Both the position numbers and the translations under genes were made by a program. From Methanococcoides methylutens (GTDB taxonomy: Archaea; Halobacteriota; Methanosarcinia; Methanosarcinales; Methanosarcinaceae), in assembly GCF_000765475.1 (NCBI RefSeq), contig NZ_JRHO01000002.1:99374-131373 (forward strand): a stretch of DNA of 32,000 nt. Reading direction: 5' to 3'. Positions 26,815 through 32,000 of the stretch are shown in pieces. The notes below the pieces were generated by a model. The model was not told the origin of the DNA. It made no database searches and saw only the letters and a list, made by a program, of their open reading frames with translations. Every line of letters starts with the position of its first letter. The first letter of the stretch is position 1.

Positions 26815-27762
26815 ATGTGGGGATCGATGATGCTTCGTAAAAGGATGATGGGGATGTTAAGCAGATATAAAATGATTCAATTGTTGATAACATTATTTTT
26901 CCTGATAATTATTACAGGTGCTTCTTCAGCTGCCACTATCACTGTTAACGACGATCCGGAAGCAAATTATACCAGCATACAGGATGCTATAGACAATTCA
27001 AATTCCGGAGATACTATTCTTGTTAACCCTGGCACTTATAATGAAAATTTGAACATAAACAAGCCATTAACAATAGTATCCAATTCCGAAATTCCTGATA
27101 AAACTACTGTTCAAGCTAGTGAAAATGATAATGTTTTCTATATAACCTCAAATAATGTGATCATCAGGGGGTTTAGCATAACAGGTACCCATGGACCTTC
27201 AAAAGCCGGGATTTATCTCGACGAAGTTGAAGAATGTATAATTACCAACAACATCCTGTCAAACAATGAGAATGGTATTGAACTTGTTTCTTCAAGTAAT
27301 AACATTCTTATCAATAACACTATAAAATCAAACACTTTCGATGGCATCTTTCTTGAGCGATCAAATAATAATGAGCTAAGAAATAACAGTATATACTTTA
27401 ACATATGGAATGGAATCGTTCTGGAGGCATCCAACAACAACAGATTCAGCAACAATACAATTAATTCAAACCGTCTGGATGGAATTTCCTTTATTAATTC
27501 CAACAATAATCTGATCAACAATAACAGTATAGGCTCAAACGGCAAGAATGGAATCTCTCTAGATATATCCAATAACAATACACTGAACGATAATTTTCTG
27601 ATAAATAATAGTGAAGGGATCGAAGCAGATTATTCTGAAAATCATATTTACAATAATCACATCAGTAATAGAGAAGTCTCCAGGATACCATTCGTTAATA
27701 ATTTAATTACCTTGATCATGGTTGGAATCTGTTGCTTATTCATGAGGAAAGAAAAAAAATAA
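26815..27762 (+). CDS. NosD-like right-handed beta-helix (PbH1 repeat) secreted/surface protein
   Basis: Signal peptide (MIQLLITLFFLIIITGASSAA), ITVNDDPEANYTSIQDAIDNSNSGDTILVNPGTYNENLNINKPLTI, many SSNNILINNTIKSN-type repeats, C-terminal TM + RKEKK. Exact start uncertain among several Met codons. Confidence 0.85.
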   Translation: MWGSMMLRKRMMGMLSRYKMIQLLITLFFLIIITGASSAATITVNDDPEANYTSIQDAIDNSNSGDTILVNPGTYNENLNINKPLTIVSNSEIPDKTTVQASENDNVFYITSNNVIIRGFSITGTHGPSKAGIYLDEVEECIITNNILSNNENGIELVSSSNNILINNTIKSNTFDGIFLERSNNNELRNNSIYFNIWNGIVLEASNNNRFSNNTINSNRLDGISFINSNNNLINNNSIGSNGKNGISLDISNNNTLNDNFLINNSEGIEADYSENHIYNNHISNREVSRIPFVNNLITLIMVGICCLFMRKEKK

Positions 27763-28005
27763 CGATTAATTTTTTTTACCCGTCTCTTCAATATATTCTA
27801 CCTTGAGTAACCGGAAGTTTTCTCACATAGAGCTATTTAAGAGATTTTGAGAGTGGATGCCATCATAATAGGATAAGGGATATTTGAAAATTTTGTGATT
27901 TCTCTTTCCCGTTTATCTATATTTCAATAAATTGGTGCATTGTTACACAGAATAGTGAGTAATATATGGAAAATATTATTAATTAAGTCGTTTCTCTAAA
28001 TTAAT

Positions 28006-30250
28006 GTGTCAGGAGATAATGATATTCGGGTAAGCCTGAGCAGGGACTTAACGCTTTTTGATATAACAATGATAGGCATTGCCGGCATGATCGGTGCAGG
28101 TATTTTTGCTCTCACCGGTATTGCCACAGGAATTGCAGGCCCTGCAGTCATTCTTGCATTTCTCCTGAATGGTATAGTTGCAACTTTTACCGGGCTGGCA
28201 TATGCAGAGCTTGGTTCTGCCATTCCGGAAGCAGGTGGAAGCTATCTCTGGATAAAGTAAGGTATTGGAAACCATTTTGGATTCCTTGCCGGCTGGATCG
28301 ACTGGGCAGCCCATACTATAGCATGTTCCCTGTATGCGGTAACATTCGGTGCATTCTTTTCCGAACTTGTAGTTCATTTTCTCGGATATGAAGGAATCCC
28401 ACAGGGCACTTTGCTGAGCATCTCTGCATTTGGTATTGTCACTCTCATGGCCTACCTTAATTATCTTGGTGCAAAAGAAAGCGGAAAATTGGAGGTATAG
28501 TAACTCTTTTCAAAGTTGCTATTCTTGTAGTTTTCGCGGCTTTTGGAATTTACAAAACGTTCCTCAAACCTGACTGGTCTGCTGCTTTCCTTAATGACCC
28601 ATCGTTTCTTCCTAATGGTTTTGGTGGCATTCTCGTTGCAATGGGACTTACATTCATAGCATTCGAAGGATATGAGATAATTGTTCAGAGCGGTGAAGAG
28701 GTTAAAAATCCGGAGAAGAACATACCCAGGGCAGTACTGGTATCTCTTTGGGTTGCTGTTATCATCTATATAATGGTGGCCTTTGCTCTGATAGGTGCTA
28801 TTCAGGTAGGTGTACCCAGCTGGATGTATCTTGGAGAACTTGCTGAGTTCAGTATGATACGGGTTGCAGATCAGATAATGGCATTCGGTTCTGTCCTTAT
28901 AATTGCGGGCGGTCTTGTTTCTACGATAAGCGCTATGAATGCTACTGTTTATTCTTCTTCCAGGGTTGCGTTTGCCCTTGGCAGGATGGGTTATCTGCCG
29001 GAAGCTCTTTCCAGAATAAATGAAAAGAGAAGAACACCTCATTATGCTATTCTTTTCAGTTATTTCATCATTGTATCCATGACCCTCGCACCCATTGAAA
29101 CCGTCGCATCAGCAGCTGACATAATGTTCCTTATCCTCTTCATTCTGGTTAATTCCGTACTTATTATACTGAGGTTCAGACGACCTGATCTAAAAAGGGC
29201 CTTTAAGATGCCCTTTGCTCCTTATCTTCCAATATTTGCAATAATAGTCCAGCTTGTCATTGGTTATTATCTTGTTACAGAGATCGAACACACAACATTT
29301 GTTGCAGGAATAACAATATTCTGGGTACTTGCCGGTTCATTCTTCTACTTCTCTTATTCTGAGAAAGAAATCAAGAGACGCTCGAAGTATCTCATAAAAA
29401 AGCTCTATGAGGAAAAACCATTTGCTGAGGAAGAATACAAGATACTGGTTCCAATAAAGAATATCGCTAATGCAGGAAACCTCGCAGATCTTGCCAATAT
29501 GATTGCAAAGGAAAAAAAGCTCACATTGTCTTCCTGAAGGTTTTGACCTTCCCTGAACAGACCCCTCTTTCGGCCTCTGATGCATATGTGGATGAGAAGC
29601 GCTCCCTGATGAGAGAACTTATAAATTCTGTTGATGTCCCTGCAGGAGGCGTCATTAAAGTTGGAAGGAATGCTTCTGATTCAATTCTTGATACCATCGA
29701 GGAAGAAAAACCTGATATGCTTATAATGGGCTGGAGGGGAAGGACTTTCCGCCGTGACTTTGTACTTGGAAGTACCCTGGATCCTATTTTACTCAAGGCT
29801 TCATGTGACGTTGTTATTGCCAGGTTTGGTCCGGGTAAGTCTCTCAGGAAGGTCAGGAATATATTGTTGCCCACTGCAGGAGGGCCACATGCCTCTCTTG
29901 CAGCCGAACTTGCCAGGGACCTGGCTGTTGCGGAAAACGCAAATGTGACCATGTTCAATGTGGGCAGGTCTGCTGATGATGAAAACAGGGCTATGGAAGG
30001 TTTCAGGAACCTTGAGGGCTTCTTTGAAGGTGTGGATTACACGCAGAAGTTTACCGTATCAGACAACATAGAAAAAGGTCTGTCCAATGAGGCAAAGAAG
30101 CAGGATGTGGTGTTTATTGGTGCCACTACCAGACCATTCCTTAAAAATTTCCTGATGGGTGTTTTCCCTGAAAAGATCATCAGCAACAGTGATACTACTG
30201 TCATAATGACAAGGAAATGGGTAAAGCTCATTGATGTCATTAAGAAGTGA
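28006..30250 (+). pseudogene. APC permease with C-terminal universal-stress-protein (USP) domains, degraded
   Basis: Homologous reading runs through three frames: SGDNDIRVSLSRDLTLFDITMIGIAGMIGAGIFALTG...GGSYLWIK*GIGNHFGFLAGWIDWAA...GAKESGKLEV / FKVAILVVFAAFGIYKT / FLKPDWSAAF...ILVPIKNIANAGNLADLANMIAKEKKLTL / VFLKVLTFPEQTPLSASDAYVDEKRSLM...MGWRGRTFRRDFVLGSTLDPILLKASCDVVIARFG. Confidence 0.85.
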
Positions 30251-30344
30251 AGGTAATTCCGTATTAAACTGGTTTTAAACACGATATATTTTTGGGAATT
30301 TAGAATACTCAATAAATTATCTTAACTCCAGGTTAGGAGTAATA

Positions 30345-31049
30345 TTATTTTGTGCAGATATAAGCACATGTATTTTTCATCACTTCTAGCTTTTTATTTA
30401 CAGTAAATCCTGCTCTCTCAAGCATTCCCCACATTATCCAATCCCAGGTGCTGTACTCATCGCGAACATGAGTGATAGCCTCATCAGCCATCGCATCTCC
30501 TGCAAGGTTTCTCATATTATTAAGCCAGTCGTTTATTTCATTCTCATATTCTTTTGGTTGAAATCCAAACACTACATCCCCAAGGAATAATTTCCCTCCG
30601 GGTTTAAGGATCTCATAGAAATTACAAAGAGCTAGCTGTTTCCAGAAATCGGGAAGATGGTGTAAAGCGACATTTGATATAATTGCATCCGCTTGTTCTC
30701 CCTTGTGATCATATGTCAGGAAACCGGCATGAGTTGTTGTAATATTTTTTATACTTTTTTGTGTTGCTTTCTTTTCAAGAACAGCAAGCATCTCTTTTGA
30801 AATGTCAACGGCGTAAACATGTTTACACATCCGGGCAAGGTGGATACTCAGCCCACCTGTGCCACATCCAAGGTCTACAATAATTGACTCGGCAGATAGG
30901 TTAAGATCATTATAGATTTGGGTCGCTTCCTGCTTGAAGTTTCTGAATCCCTGATGGCGATTGTCATAATCTTCAACAACGTTTTGGGCTGAATAGTCAA
31001 CTCCGACATGTTTCATCTCATCAAATAACCAAACTGGAGTATTCTTCAT
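30345..31049 (-). CDS. class I SAM-dependent methyltransferase
   Basis: MKNTPVWLFDEMKHVGVDYSAQNVVEDYD...SIIVDLGCGTGGLSIHLARMCKHVYAVDISKEML...ISNVALHHLPDFWKQLAL...EILKPGGKLFLGDV. ORF extends to 31121; Met at 31049 is a plausible alternative start. Confidence 0.88.
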   Translation of the reverse strand: MKNTPVWLFDEMKHVGVDYSAQNVVEDYDNRHQGFRNFKQEATQIYNDLNLSAESIIVDLGCGTGGLSIHLARMCKHVYAVDISKEMLAVLEKKATQKSIKNITTTHAGFLTYDHKGEQADAIISNVALHHLPDFWKQLALCNFYEILKPGGKLFLGDVVFGFQPKEYENEINDWLNNMRNLAGDAMADEAITHVRDEYSTWDWIMWGMLERAGFTVNKKLEVMKNTCAYICTK

Positions 31050-31117
31050 GCATAATTCTCCTTTTCTCAATTCCAATGTTAGGTATTTCTTCTTTGATTG
31101 CTGTTTGAGTTTCAGAG

Positions 31118-31870
31118 TCATTTATCTGCGTTCTTCTGTAAAATGAAGAACGTATAACCATATTCATCCGGGTGTTCTCTGAAGATCTTTATCTCTCTTC
31201 TGTTAAAACTAAGTATCTCTTCTGCCTCGGTGTTTCCTTTATAGCTATCACTGATGTCATCGACTCTTTTTTCCAGATAGGCATAAAAATCCCACCAGGC
31301 AGAAGCTGGTAATTTAAAGCAGTCAATGAGATCATATCCTACTGACAGGATAACTTTTTCAGTATCAGGTATGTTCTTGATATCAGGATAACAGTCCTGC
31401 CAGAATTGAATAACTTCCGAAGAAGGTTCATCTGTGAACCATGTGCTTTCTGTCAGTGCCATATAACCTCCTTCTTTCAGAAACTGTTTCCAGTAGCTAA
31501 GCCCTTTTTCAAAACCAATGACAAAGATAGAGCCTTCTGCCCAGATGAGATCGAATTCTCCTGCTTCAAAAGGCAGGTCATCCATGGAAGCACGAACCGT
31601 GGTGATCCTGTCATTGACTCCATCTTCAACTGCATTTTCCATCAGCTTATCCAGAAAAGGCTGGTAAATGTCAGTTGCAGTGATGTGGCAGTCGTTGCAG
31701 ATCTTCGCAAGATGAATTGTCTGCATACCCACACCGCAACCAATGTCAAGGATCTTACTGCCTGCAGGAAGGGAAGAAAGCAAATTAAAAGCTTTTTCAG
31801 TACACTTGTTATTACCCGGACTCTGTCTGGGCAATCCATCAAATATCTCAAAAATCGGTGATTCTGTCAC
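31118..31870 (-). CDS. class I SAM-dependent methyltransferase
   Basis: GTG start; SKILDIGCGVGMQTIHLAKICNDCHITATDIYQPFLDKL...FDLIWAEGSIFVIGFEKGLSYWKQFLKEGGYMALTE...YEYGYTFFILQKN. Confidence 0.88.
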   Translation of the reverse strand: MTESPIFEIFDGLPRQSPGNNKCTEKAFNLLSSLPAGSKILDIGCGVGMQTIHLAKICNDCHITATDIYQPFLDKLMENAVEDGVNDRITTVRASMDDLPFEAGEFDLIWAEGSIFVIGFEKGLSYWKQFLKEGGYMALTESTWFTDEPSSEVIQFWQDCYPDIKNIPDTEKVILSVGYDLIDCFKLPASAWWDFYAYLEKRVDDISDSYKGNTEAEEILSFNRREIKIFREHPDEYGYTFFILQKNADK

Positions 31871-32000
31871 AAATATATCGAACAGATAATTGCATAAATC
31901 TGTTGTGGTCTCCTGATAATGATTGCGTTTTCATCAATGTGTTTCTTAAGATTATTCAAGCTTTATAACAAAGATTATATGATCTCAAGTTGCGCTCAAC

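Noticed and set aside
27213-27578. 121-aa antisense ORF with Leu-rich repeats
   Set aside because: Mirror image of the Asn/Ser-rich NosD-like beta-helix repeats (AAT/AAC read as ATT/GTT), not a real leucine-rich protein.
28048-29042. Minus-strand ORFs (109 and 193 aa) opposite the APC permease
   Set aside because: They exist because the plus-strand gene is decayed; the + strand carries clear permease homology in three frames.
27996-30250. Phase-variable locus interpretation for the permease-USP gene
   Set aside because: Multiple independent lesions including a nonsense codon and no tandem repeat at the junctions, so simple decay fits better than slippage switching.

Overview
32 kb window that looks like a chromosomal region of a methylotrophic/aceticlastic methanogen (Methanosarcinales-like: archaeal TATA boxes, 2-oxoacid:ferredoxin oxidoreductase, PGF-CTERM-like anchor, NosD-like surface protein). 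Mostly housekeeping and accessory genes, with no tRNA/rRNA or intact CRISPR array seen. The most interesting item is a two-gene operon (18009..19825, minus). A class I SAM methyltransferase overlaps by 4 nt (ATGA) a single-polypeptide HgcA-HgcB-like fusion: corrinoid/cap-helix domain with variant motif NVWCSATGG, about 4 TM helices, and a C-terminal 2x[4Fe-4S] ferredoxin. Other notable items: an acyl-CoA synthetase / amino-acid dehydrogenase / 2-oxoacid:ferredoxin oxidoreductase cluster whose gamma and delta subunits are fused; a frameshifted fragment resembling the C-terminal tail of Cas1; an APC permease broken by an exact 7-bp tandem duplication; an APC-permease+USP gene decayed by at least four lesions; a candidate structured ncRNA with its own TATA box in a 1-kb ORF-free gap; and likely operators for a GbsR/MarR-type and an Xre-type regulator. 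All family calls come from reading the sequence by eye; no database search was run.
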